A DNA stretch of 64,000 nucleotides, taken from Sulfurimonas sp. GTDB taxonomy: Bacteria; Campylobacterota; Campylobacteria; Campylobacterales; Sulfurimonadaceae. The DNA lies in NCBI RefSeq assembly GCF_028694605.1, contig NZ_JAQVKP010000009.1, forward strand, positions 28,797-92,796. Reading direction: 5' to 3'. The notes under the pieces are model-generated. The model had not been told where the DNA came from. It did not search any database and was given only the letters and a program-made list of their open reading frames with translations. The position numbers and the translations under genes are program-made. Of the stretch, positions 45,892-54,068 are shown piece after piece. Position 1 is the stretch's first letter. Each line of letters starts with the position of its first letter.

Positions 45892-47276
45892 GCAATCTGT
45901 GCGAGTGCGCTCTTTACTCTTGCTATCGTCTCATCTTTGCCGATAATCGCCATAACACTATCAAGCCCCGGACCACTCATTTTGCCTAAAAGTGCCACTC
46001 TGAGCGGCTGTCCGATTTTGCCAAAGCCGATGTTCATCTCTTTGACGACCTCTTCCATAAGATGGTGATAGTCGCTTGGAAGATGAAGCTCATCTGCCGC
46101 ACTTACTTTTGCGGCAAAGTTTTCAAGCACTTCGCGTGCATCGCCTTTAAACGCCTTTTCAACGGCTTTTTCATCCAAACTCTCAGGAGCTATGATGATT
46201 TCATTTACAAGCTGTGCCATCTCTTTGAGCGTTTTTGCGCGCTCTTTGAGTGCGTCAAGCAAAATCTCTTTTTTGTCATGGGATGTAAGCAGCAGCCCAT
46301 ACGCTTCTAGCAGCTCTGCCAACTCCTCGTTTGGTGTGTTCTTGATATAGTGGGAGTTGAGCCACTCAAGCTTTTCGGTGTTGTAGATGGAAGCGGAGCG
46401 GTTGATGTTCTTAGGGTTGAAACACTCCATCATCTCCTCCATAGAAAAAATCTCCTGATCCCCGTTGCTCCATCCAAGACGCACTAAAAAGTTGAGTAGT
46501 GCTTGTGGTGTGTAGCCCATCTCTTTGTACGCCATAACATCCGTTGCACCGTCTCTTTTGGAGAGTTTTTTGCCCTCGTGGTTGTGAATCATCGGTACAT
46601 GGTAAAACTTCGGTACGCTAAATCCGAGTGCTTCATAAACCACTATCTGTTTTGGCGTGTTGGAGAGATGGTCATCTCCGCGGATAACTTCTGTTACGCC
46701 CATAAGATGGTCATCAATCGCCACGACAAAGTTATATGTAGGTGAACCGTCACCTCTTGCGATAACAAAATCATCCAAAATATCTTCCGCTTTAAAAACA
46801 ACATCACCTTTGACGCCGTCATGGACGACTATTTCGCCGCTTAGAGGTGCTTTGATACGGATAACAGGCTCTATACCTTCAGGCGGAGTGCCGTTAAATT
46901 CACGGTATCTGCCGTCATACTTTGCCCGTTCTTTGTTGGCGGTCTGCTCCTCCCTAAGCGCATCAAGCTCCTCTTTGGACATGTAGCATCGATACGCCTT
47001 GCCCTCATCCAAAAGCCGTTTGATATAGATAGCGTAGATATCGTCTCTTTGGGATTGGTAGGTTATCTCGCCGTCATGTTCAAGACCGAGCCAGTGAAAT
47101 GCTTTTACAATCGCCTCTGCCGCCTCTTGCGAGTTTCTTGCCTTGTCAGTATCTTCAATGCGAAGAAGAAACTTGCCGCCGTTTTTTCTTGCCCAAAGAT
47201 AAGAAAAAAGAGCCGTTCTCAAACCGCCGATGTGCAAATAGCCCGTAGGACTTGGAGCAAAACGAGTTACAACCAT
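45888..47276 (-). CDS. gltX: glutamyl-tRNA synthetase
   Basis: 'VVTRFAPSPTGYLHIGGLRTALFSYLWAR...LLRIEDTD' (HIGH region) and 'KLSKR' (KMSKS). Confidence 0.95.
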   Translation of the reverse strand: MVVTRFAPSPTGYLHIGGLRTALFSYLWARKNGGKFLLRIEDTDKARNSQEAAEAIVKAFHWLGLEHDGEITYQSQRDDIYAIYIKRLLDEGKAYRCYMSKEELDALREEQTANKERAKYDGRYREFNGTPPEGIEPVIRIKAPLSGEIVVHDGVKGDVVFKAEDILDDFVIARGDGSPTYNFVVAIDDHLMGVTEVIRGDDHLSNTPKQIVVYEALGFSVPKFYHVPMIHNHEGKKLSKRDGATDVMAYKEMGYTPQALLNFLVRLGWSNGDQEIFSMEEMMECFNPKNINRSASIYNTEKLEWLNSHYIKNTPNEELAELLEAYGLLLTSHDKKEILLDALKERAKTLKEMAQLVNEIIIAPESLDEKAVEKAFKGDAREVLENFAAKVSAADELHLPSDYHHLMEEVVKEMNIGFGKIGQPLRVALLGKMSGPGLDSVMAIIGKDETIARVKSALAQIA

Positions 47277-47390
47277 AAAAAAAGCCTTCTATTTAAGTTG
47301 CGTAATTTTAAGCAAACATTTGTTAAAAGCGGGTAAAATAGCCATCTTTAATTCAAGGGTACCTAGAGGCACCCTTAAGAGGAAATTATC

Positions 47391-48230
47391 ATGTTTAAAA
47401 TAGTCTTGGTACCGTTTTTATTTGCCACACTCCTGAGCGCAGAACTGATTAACGGCGTGAGTGCCGTTGTCAAGGGAGAGCCTATAACACTTCAAGATGT
47501 TAGTGGTGAGATGCGCCTCTCAAAAACCGATGCAATGGCAGCAAGAGATATTTTGATACGTAAAAAGCTTGAAGCTGCCGAGATTGTGGAGAGAAAAATC
47601 AGCGTTAACTCTACTGAGGTGTATGAAGATATCAAAAAAATGGCTGCTTCAAACAAGATGAGTATTGACCAGCTCTACGATACGGTTCGTGAGTCCAATG
47701 GCCTAAATTCGGCAGAATTTAAAGAGAAAATCAAAGAGAAACTTCTCTCACAAAAACTCTACTCTGCTATAGCCTACGCATCAATGGAAGCTCCTAGTGA
47801 AGAGGTAATGAAAGAGTACTATGAGCTTCATAAAGAGGAGTTTTCCCGTCCGAAAGCTTTTGTGGTAACGTTGTACTCCTCATCAAACGAAGAGGCACTC
47901 AGAAAAAAAATCGCAACGCCTGTTTTATCTTCAAGTGAAGTAAAGATTGAGGAGAGAACGCTCCCTTATGACACTCTCTCCCCAGAACTAGCACAGCTTT
48001 TGGAAAAAACAGAGCCTAAAAGTTTTACTCCTATCATTATGGATCAAAAAGGGGCGTATATGAGTTTTTATGTTAAAGAGACTCAGAAGCCTTCTAAAAG
48101 CAGTTATGAAGAGATGAAAAGCCAGCTTGCCAATCTTGTTATGGGTGCAAAAAGAGAGCAGGTTTTGAGCGATTATTTTGCAAGGCTACGGGGGAACGCC
48201 GATATTGTGCTTATTCGAGAAGCAAAGTAG
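47391..48230 (+). CDS. periplasmic SurA-N-domain-like chaperone (no parvulin PPIase domain recognised)
   Basis: Signal peptide, then 'INGVSAVVKGEPITLQDV' typical of SurA/PpiD N-domains. AGAGGA RBS. Confidence 0.6.
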   Translation: MFKIVLVPFLFATLLSAELINGVSAVVKGEPITLQDVSGEMRLSKTDAMAARDILIRKKLEAAEIVERKISVNSTEVYEDIKKMAASNKMSIDQLYDTVRESNGLNSAEFKEKIKEKLLSQKLYSAIAYASMEAPSEEVMKEYYELHKEEFSRPKAFVVTLYSSSNEEALRKKIATPVLSSSEVKIEERTLPYDTLSPELAQLLEKTEPKSFTPIIMDQKGAYMSFYVKETQKPSKSSYEEMKSQLANLVMGAKREQVLSDYFARLRGNADIVLIREAK

Positions 48231-48677
48231 ATGTTAAGCGATATTAATTTTATCAATATCGCCAAAGAGATAGCTACTGCTTCAAAGTGTGTCTCAAAAC
48301 AGGTGGGAGCTGTCATCGTTAAAGACGGACGGATTCTCTCCACCGGCTACAACGGAACGCCTGCGGGATATATAAACTGTCGTGAGCATTGGGATGGCAA
48401 CTATACCTCAGAACATCACGAGTGGTCTAAAACATACGAAATCCACGCAGAGATGAATGCCATTATCTGGGCGGCAAGAAAAGGGATAAGCGTTGAGGGA
48501 GCTACTATCTATGTGACGCTTGAGCCGTGTAGCGAGTGTAGTAAAAATATCATTGCTAGCGGTATAGAGCGTATAGTGTATCTCAAACCCTACGAGCATA
48601 CACACTCAGAGGTAATCTCAAAATTTATCAAAGACAACGGCGTAAGTATAGAAAAACTTGGAGAAGAGCAATGGTAG
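48231..48677 (+). CDS. dCMP/cytidine deaminase-family zinc enzyme (ComEB-like)
   Basis: 'HAEMNAI' and 'PCSECSKNI' zinc-ligand motifs. Confidence 0.88.
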   Translation: MLSDINFINIAKEIATASKCVSKQVGAVIVKDGRILSTGYNGTPAGYINCREHWDGNYTSEHHEWSKTYEIHAEMNAIIWAARKGISVEGATIYVTLEPCSECSKNIIASGIERIVYLKPYEHTHSEVISKFIKDNGVSIEKLGEEQW

Positions 48678-49207
48678 AAGATAAAGAGTTGCGTGCAGAA
48701 ATCGGCAAGCATCTGATGCAGCCGGAGAACTACGGCAAACTTGAGGATGCGTCATGTGTCGGCGTGGGGATAGACCATGCGACAAAAAGTTATGTGATTA
48801 TGTATATCAAAAGAGACGAAGAGAGCATCTTGGATGTGATGTTTGGAACAAACGGCACACAAGACACAACGACACTTGGCTCGCTTTTTACGGAGATGAT
48901 AAAAGGCGATACTGTAGAAAACGCACTTGAAACTGCTGCGGCGTTAGAGAAGGATTTGCAAGAGAGTTACGCATCGCTTCCAAAGCCAAAGGTAGATACT
49001 TCAAAGCCTGAAGGTGAGCAGGTGGAACGCATCTCAACAGAGCATCAAGACAGCGCAAATATGGTACTAACCGCTTTTCGTGCCGCAATGCGTCACTATG
49101 AGCGCAAACAGGGGGGTATAGAAGAGGAGCAGTTTGAGCTAAGTATCTCAAAAATGTGTCCCTACTCTACTACTGAGTGCCATTTTGTCAAAAAAGAGGT
49201 TAAGTGA
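48671..49207 (+). CDS. IscU/NifU-N-like fold protein without the scaffold cysteines
   Basis: 'HLMQPENYGKLEDASCVGVGIDHATKSYVIMYIKRDEESILDVMFGTNGTQDTTTLGSLFTEMIKGDTVENAL' aligns by eye to IscU, but the positions of 'ACGD' and 'GCGSAIA' read 'HATKS' and 'GTQDTTT'. Confidence 0.45.
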   Translation: MVEDKELRAEIGKHLMQPENYGKLEDASCVGVGIDHATKSYVIMYIKRDEESILDVMFGTNGTQDTTTLGSLFTEMIKGDTVENALETAAALEKDLQESYASLPKPKVDTSKPEGEQVERISTEHQDSANMVLTAFRAAMRHYERKQGGIEEEQFELSISKMCPYSTTECHFVKKEVK

Positions 49208-49662
49208 TGGTCAATGTTGTTTTATATATCCACATACTGGCAGCAACAGCGTGGATTGGCGGCTCTTTGCTTCTTTTTGCGCTTGGCATACTTCTTAAGG
49301 GCAAAGAGGCGCAAGCACAAACCTATGAGTATCTTGGACCCATCTATGGCTATTTTGAGACTTTTTGGCTTATTGTGCTTATAAGTACAGGCGGTTTTCT
49401 CTTTTTTCATTTTAATCTTATTTCGGTGCTTACACTCGATATAAACGAATCAACGCTCGGCTATATGATGGGTAACAAACTTTTTTATGTAGGCACTATT
49501 ACGCTTCTGACTATTATCCATATGCGCATTGCACTCAAAACGCATAAAAACACTCGTACTACACTCCAAAAGATAGTCTCACGTGCCAGTTCTATGATGA
49601 TTTTTCTGCTTAACCTAGTTGTGTTGTGGTACGCAATGCAGCTAAGACATATACTCTCATAA
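49204..49662 (+). CDS. integral membrane protein (4 TM, CopD-like N-terminal helix pattern)
   Basis: 'VLYIHILAATAWIGGSLLLF' and three further helices. 4-bp overlap with the upstream gene. Confidence 0.5.
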   Translation: MMVNVVLYIHILAATAWIGGSLLLFALGILLKGKEAQAQTYEYLGPIYGYFETFWLIVLISTGGFLFFHFNLISVLTLDINESTLGYMMGNKLFYVGTITLLTIIHMRIALKTHKNTRTTLQKIVSRASSMMIFLLNLVVLWYAMQLRHILS

Positions 49663-49671
49663 GGTCAAAAA

Positions 49672-50295
49672 ATGGTTTACGAACTCTCAAATCCACTGAC
49701 AAAAACACTGATTGCGCATCTAAGAGACCAAAGCAGCGATGCGCTTAGGTTTCGACACACCATAGGCGAGATTACCAAACAGCTACTCTATGAAGCACTT
49801 AAAGAGCCGTGTTTGGTTAAAAAAAGTATCACGACATGGCGTGGTAAGGAGAGCTACGAGGTGATAGACGAAGCAAACATCATAGTCGCAACGGTTTTAA
49901 GGGCAGGCATGCCGATGCTTGATAGTGCCGTAGATGTGCTGTCGGGGGCTTCTGCCGGATTTTTGGCGATGAAGAGGGATGAGACTACACACAAAAGCGT
50001 TCTATACTACGACAGATTGCCTAAGTGCAAGGGCAAAATCGTTATTTTGGTTGACCCGATGGTCGCAACGGGCGGCTCTATGATGGACGCACTAGAACTT
50101 ATCTCAAAAAGAGAGCCGCTTAAGATAATAACGCTAAACATCATCGGCTCTCCGGAGGGCTTAGAAAAAGTAAGCCACGCATATCCGGAAGTAGATATCT
50201 ACATCGCACAGATAGATGAAAAACTAAACGATGACAAGTTTATCATCCCAGGGCTTGGAGATGCGGGAGACCGCTCTTACAATACTCCGGAATAA
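49672..50295 (+). CDS. upp: uracil phosphoribosyltransferase
   Basis: PRPP-binding 'VILVDPMVATGGS' and C-terminal 'IIPGLGDAGDR'. Confidence 0.93.
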   Translation: MVYELSNPLTKTLIAHLRDQSSDALRFRHTIGEITKQLLYEALKEPCLVKKSITTWRGKESYEVIDEANIIVATVLRAGMPMLDSAVDVLSGASAGFLAMKRDETTHKSVLYYDRLPKCKGKIVILVDPMVATGGSMMDALELISKREPLKIITLNIIGSPEGLEKVSHAYPEVDIYIAQIDEKLNDDKFIIPGLGDAGDRSYNTPE

Positions 50296-51194
50296 TGGTT
50301 ATTGAGCTAAAAAGCGTAAGTGCAAGGGAGATTTTAAACGCTTTTTTTGCACTGCAAATAGAGTCGGGAGAGATTGTCGAAGTATCGTTGCTAGACACCG
50401 ATATAGACTATTTTGGCTACAAAACCTTTGTCGATTTGGCACAGCTTTTTACCATGAAACTCCTTACACCATTTAAAAAAGATGAAACAACCACAACCTT
50501 AAGATTTCAAAAACTTGCAACGGATAGCTCATTTCACAACTCTAATGACACAGGCAGTGAAAAGTACGGCGTACAAAGCCAATTTTTTGCTATCGATAAA
50601 ACAAAAGAGTTCAGTTTTTTATACCACTACCAAAATGCACTCGAATTTGTCGATATCAAAAACAAAAAAAGAGTTTTAAACCTCGGTGTCAACAGCGGCG
50701 ATGAGTTTGTAGTTATCAAAGAGATACTCGGACATGATATATTTGAGAAGATAGAATTTGTCGGTATTGACTACTCCGCTTCAGCCATAGCTTACGCAAA
50801 AGATGAGTTTAGAACAGATAAAAATGTAGAGTTTTTTTGTCATGATATCAACAAACTAAATGAGCTAAACTTAGGAAAATTTGACCTCATTATCTCAATC
50901 GGCACATTGCAAAGCTCCAACATAGAGTTTAACGCCACTTTTATGTCTCTTTACCAAAACTACTTAAGTGAGAGCGGCAGCATAGTGCTTGGTTTTCCAA
51001 ACTGCCGCTGGATAGACGGCGAGATGATATACGGTGCAAAAGCCCCAAACTACAACTTTAGCGAACTTAGTCTAGTTTTAAAGGATATCCACTTTTGCAA
51101 AAAGTATCTCCAGCAAAAAAAGTATCGTGTAGTCGTTACAGGGAAAGATTATTTCTTTTTGAGCGCAAGGAAAATAGGGTTTAAAAAACCATAG
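50295..51194 (+). CDS. class I SAM-dependent methyltransferase
   Basis: Motif I 'VLNLGVNSGDE' and post-I 'GIDYS'. The N-terminal ~120 aa are of unknown function. Confidence 0.65.
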   Translation: MVIELKSVSAREILNAFFALQIESGEIVEVSLLDTDIDYFGYKTFVDLAQLFTMKLLTPFKKDETTTTLRFQKLATDSSFHNSNDTGSEKYGVQSQFFAIDKTKEFSFLYHYQNALEFVDIKNKKRVLNLGVNSGDEFVVIKEILGHDIFEKIEFVGIDYSASAIAYAKDEFRTDKNVEFFCHDINKLNELNLGKFDLIISIGTLQSSNIEFNATFMSLYQNYLSESGSIVLGFPNCRWIDGEMIYGAKAPNYNFSELSLVLKDIHFCKKYLQQKKYRVVVTGKDYFFLSARKIGFKKP

Positions 51195-51202
51195 GGATTG
51201 AA

Positions 51203-51211
51203 CCCCCCCCC
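51203..51211. repeat. C9 (G9 on the minus strand) homopolymer in the loop of a GGGATTG/CAATCCC hairpin (51194-51224)
   Basis: Direct count of nine C. It lies between the convergent 3' ends of the methyltransferase and the DUF799-like gene. Confidence 0.9.
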
Positions 51212-51277
51212 ATTTTCCAATCCCAAATAAATAGGGAGTGGATAAAATGGAGATTTGTTTGCAGGATAGATTCTAAA

Positions 51278-52327
51278 TTAAGATTTGCTTTCCGGTGATT
51301 TTAGTTCAATTATTTTTTCAATATTGAAATAAAATCTACCTCCTTCTTCGCTAAAAGGGATTGTTCCGTCCGTCTCAGTTTGAACAAATACTTTTTTCCC
51401 TTCTGCAAGCAAAAACGGGCGATTGTTCTCATAGAGAAAAAAACGGTTTCTTAAATATTTTTTTCCTTTGATTTCTTGTGTAATATAGTAATTTGAATAC
51501 CCGTTATGCGCAAACCAATTCATATCGGTTACCGGAAATGCAAAATACCCCTTTGCCCTACGATTGATAGTTAAGGCGACTTTGCCTTCTTGTTTATTGC
51601 CATATATAAAATACTCATCTACATATAATCTACTGCCATCTAATTTGGCAATATCTAAAAATGTCAATGCTAAATCTTTATCTTTTTTATATAGCGGATT
51701 ATATCTACCGGCAGGAAGTAGCGAGACACCTGCATTATTTGCAACACCGGCTAATTTTGTATAATCAGTTGCTGTATTTAATGCAGTTGTAATAGCAGAA
51801 ATTATTAGACCGGCCAACCCATTATTGCCGTCTAGCCCTTCGTATGAGTAAGCATACGCATTGCTTTGCCACAACTCCTCTTCTGTCTTGGCGTCAATTA
51901 AAGAAAATGACAAGCCGACATCTACGTGACTATCCATCACGGTATAGCCAGTATCCCAAGCATTAATATCAACATATAAAATAGCATCCGGTGCAAAAAT
52001 ATCCTTTAGTTTTGAAACGGGTATGCTATGAATTATATTAGTGTCTGATAAGTTTTCACTTTTAAAAAAAGAATCTACCAGATGCACCGGGTAAACATAG
52101 TAACCTTTCTCTGCGAGCGGTTTGGTTATAGTATAGCGAAAATGATCCGTGGCATCCACTGATGTGGTAGTGTTTTTCGCCGGCAATACTAAGATTGATT
52201 TTGTGTTGCTGGCATAAACTTTTGGATAATAATCGCCTAAAGTAATCTTAGAAACTTTTGGCGCACAGCCCGTAAATAATAATAAAGCTACAGCAAATAT
52301 ACTAGATGTAAAAACTATTCTACTCAT
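51278..52327 (-). CDS. DUF799 (GNA1162-like) lipoprotein with a ~135-aa extra C-terminal domain
   Basis: Lipobox 'LLFTGCA'. 'ILVLPAKNTTTSVDATDHFRYTITKPLAEKGYYVYPV...ILYVDINAWDT' matches the DUF799 pattern. The family is normally ~200-230 aa, by my recollection. Confidence 0.7.
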   Translation of the reverse strand: MSRIVFTSSIFAVALLLFTGCAPKVSKITLGDYYPKVYASNTKSILVLPAKNTTTSVDATDHFRYTITKPLAEKGYYVYPVHLVDSFFKSENLSDTNIIHSIPVSKLKDIFAPDAILYVDINAWDTGYTVMDSHVDVGLSFSLIDAKTEEELWQSNAYAYSYEGLDGNNGLAGLIISAITTALNTATDYTKLAGVANNAGVSLLPAGRYNPLYKKDKDLALTFLDIAKLDGSRLYVDEYFIYGNKQEGKVALTINRRAKGYFAFPVTDMNWFAHNGYSNYYITQEIKGKKYLRNRFFLYENNRPFLLAEGKKVFVQTETDGTIPFSEEGGRFYFNIEKIIELKSPESKS

Positions 52328-52695
52328 TAATTATCTCCATAAAGTTTTTTGATTACTCTGTCAATAAATGTGCTTGATTCAGGATAAGTGTTTTTCTCAA
52401 GAAGAAAGTACTTTTTAGCTTCCGATGGTTGGTTAGATTCAAACAGTACCTGAGCATACTCTGCATAAATTCCCGGAGGAACTCTCATATCTTTTGATTG
52501 AGATTCTTCTATTATATGTTTAAGCTCTGCCGAATGCTTCTCGAGCACCTCTTTTTCATGACCTTTTAAAGTATATTCACCCGTACTTGCAACATAATTG
52601 CCCCAACTATACAGAGGTTTTGGCTGCTCAACACATCCGCTAAGTAAAAACATTGCCATTGAAGGTGCTATTAAATATTTTATTGTTTTTTTCAT
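52327..52695 (-). CDS. DUF4810-like lipoprotein
   Basis: Lipobox 'LLSGCV'. 'YSWGNY...VPPGIYAEYAQVLFESNQPSEAKKYFLLEKNTYPES' matches the DUF4810 pattern. Confidence 0.7.
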   Translation of the reverse strand: MKKTIKYLIAPSMAMFLLSGCVEQPKPLYSWGNYVASTGEYTLKGHEKEVLEKHSAELKHIIEESQSKDMRVPPGIYAEYAQVLFESNQPSEAKKYFLLEKNTYPESSTFIDRVIKKLYGDN

Positions 52696-53042
52696 GGCAA
52701 TTCCACCATAACAGTATTGGTTGAGCCAATATAAACAGTTTTATCCATAATTAAATTTCCTTTATCGTCAATAACAGATATCTTTACGCTTCCGCTCGTG
52801 ACCTCATAAACATTGTTGCTATCATGGCATTGCACCGCTTCTTTTGCTTCTGGGTCTTTTGCGCATGAATCAAGCTTAAAGGTATATTTGTCATTCACTG
52901 TTACGGTGTAGTTTTTAAAAGCGCCTTTTTCAAATTTTAAATATGCTACATCTCTTGTTTGGTACGTAGTTTCTTTATAGCCACAACCGGAAAAAAATAT
53001 TGCTATTGCTAGCGTTAATAATTTAATATTATTTTTGAACAT
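52692..53042 (-). CDS. small lipoprotein (beta-rich, two Cys in the mature part), unknown family
   Basis: Lipobox 'FFSGCG'. It overlaps both neighbouring genes (14 bp upstream, 4 bp downstream). Confidence 0.6.
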   Translation of the reverse strand: MFKNNIKLLTLAIAIFFSGCGYKETTYQTRDVAYLKFEKGAFKNYTVTVNDKYTFKLDSCAKDPEAKEAVQCHDSNNVYEVTSGSVKISVIDDKGNLIMDKTVYIGSTNTVMVELP

Positions 53043-53979
53043 ACAAATCCTTTACTGATGCGGCATCTAAATTACCATTTACAACTTGACAAACAGAGCC
53101 TTCATCAGTGTAAGTGTTGCCAAATTGACTAACAACTTTTATTGTCGCAACTTTAACTCCCGGCAATTCTATCATCATCCCTGTTTGCGGGTTTTTAATA
53201 CTTTTACCATTTTGATAAACATCAAAACTATCTCCAATGCGCAATCCTTGCTTTGCGCCACCGGCAATAAGTGCATTTCCATTTTCTACCGAAAGCACGT
53301 AAGAACGCCAAGGTTTGTTAAGTAAATTTTGCATAATTCCATCTACAACACTTGAAATAGCGGCTGAAATTGCCTTATCGTTGAGTGTAGAATCATATCC
53401 GACATGTTTACCAAGTCCAAATGATGTTCCGGCTTCACTTAAAGCTTCTCCGCTTCCTTCTTGTGCAAAAATCACCTGCCCGGTTTTAACATCTATAAGC
53501 CTCACACTTACCTTTGCATATGCCATCTGTGTTTTAGAGCGTGAAAAAACATTTGTATCAGATATGTTTTTGCGACCAAACTCTGTAACAGAACCAACAA
53601 TCAAATAATCCGAACCAATTTGAAGCGATTGCAAATTAAAGGTGGTTATTTCTTTGTTGATAGTATCAATATCGCTGCGTTCAAGCAAAATAAACTTTCC
53701 GGATTGCGCAAGTTTTGCCGATAAAATATCCGTTGCCTGCTTCTCTGCAACATAATCACTGTTTACACCAAAAAGAGCTGATTTTCCATATTGTGCTTCA
53801 TTGCCAAATCTTGCAATAGCTACTTTTCGTTTTAATTCAGGCTCTTGCTTAACCACAGATATCTGTGGCTGAGTGTTTGTGGGTTTTTCAACTTTTACGA
53901 CATCTGGCGTCGATACACCGCAACCCGCCAACATAAACACCAAGTTGCTTCCTATAACCAAATTTAAATACTTCTTCAT
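53029..53979 (-). CDS. CsgG/HfaB-family outer-membrane lipoprotein (secretion-channel-like)
   Basis: Lipobox 'MLAGCG'. 'KVAIARFGNEA...ATDILSAKLAQSGKFILLERSDIDTINKE...YLIVGSVTEFG' matches the CsgG family. I moved the start to the ATG preceded by GGAGGTTAAC. Confidence 0.8.
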   Translation of the reverse strand: MKKYLNLVIGSNLVFMLAGCGVSTPDVVKVEKPTNTQPQISVVKQEPELKRKVAIARFGNEAQYGKSALFGVNSDYVAEKQATDILSAKLAQSGKFILLERSDIDTINKEITTFNLQSLQIGSDYLIVGSVTEFGRKNISDTNVFSRSKTQMAYAKVSVRLIDVKTGQVIFAQEGSGEALSEAGTSFGLGKHVGYDSTLNDKAISAAISSVVDGIMQNLLNKPWRSYVLSVENGNALIAGGAKQGLRIGDSFDVYQNGKSIKNPQTGMMIELPGVKVATIKVVSQFGNTYTDEGSVCQVVNGNLDAASVKDLYVQK

Positions 53980-54012
53980 GTTAACCTCCAAGAAGAAAAT
54001 ACTATCTGAAAC

Positions 54013-54043
54013 AATCTTTAATAAATCTTATTTATTAAAGATT
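54013..54043. promoter_or_regulatory. perfect 14-bp-arm palindrome upstream of the lipoprotein operon and downstream of the AraC gene
   Basis: AATCTTTAATAAAT-CTT-ATTTATTAAAGATT, with no mismatches. Confidence 0.5.
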
Positions 54044-54068
54044 AATAAATACTAACTAAGTGGTGCCT

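Noticed and set aside
45556-46068. 170-aa plus-strand ORF bridging the hydrolase/gltX junction
   Set aside because: - It is antisense to two overlapping, well-supported minus-strand genes.
- It has no RBS and no recognisable motif.
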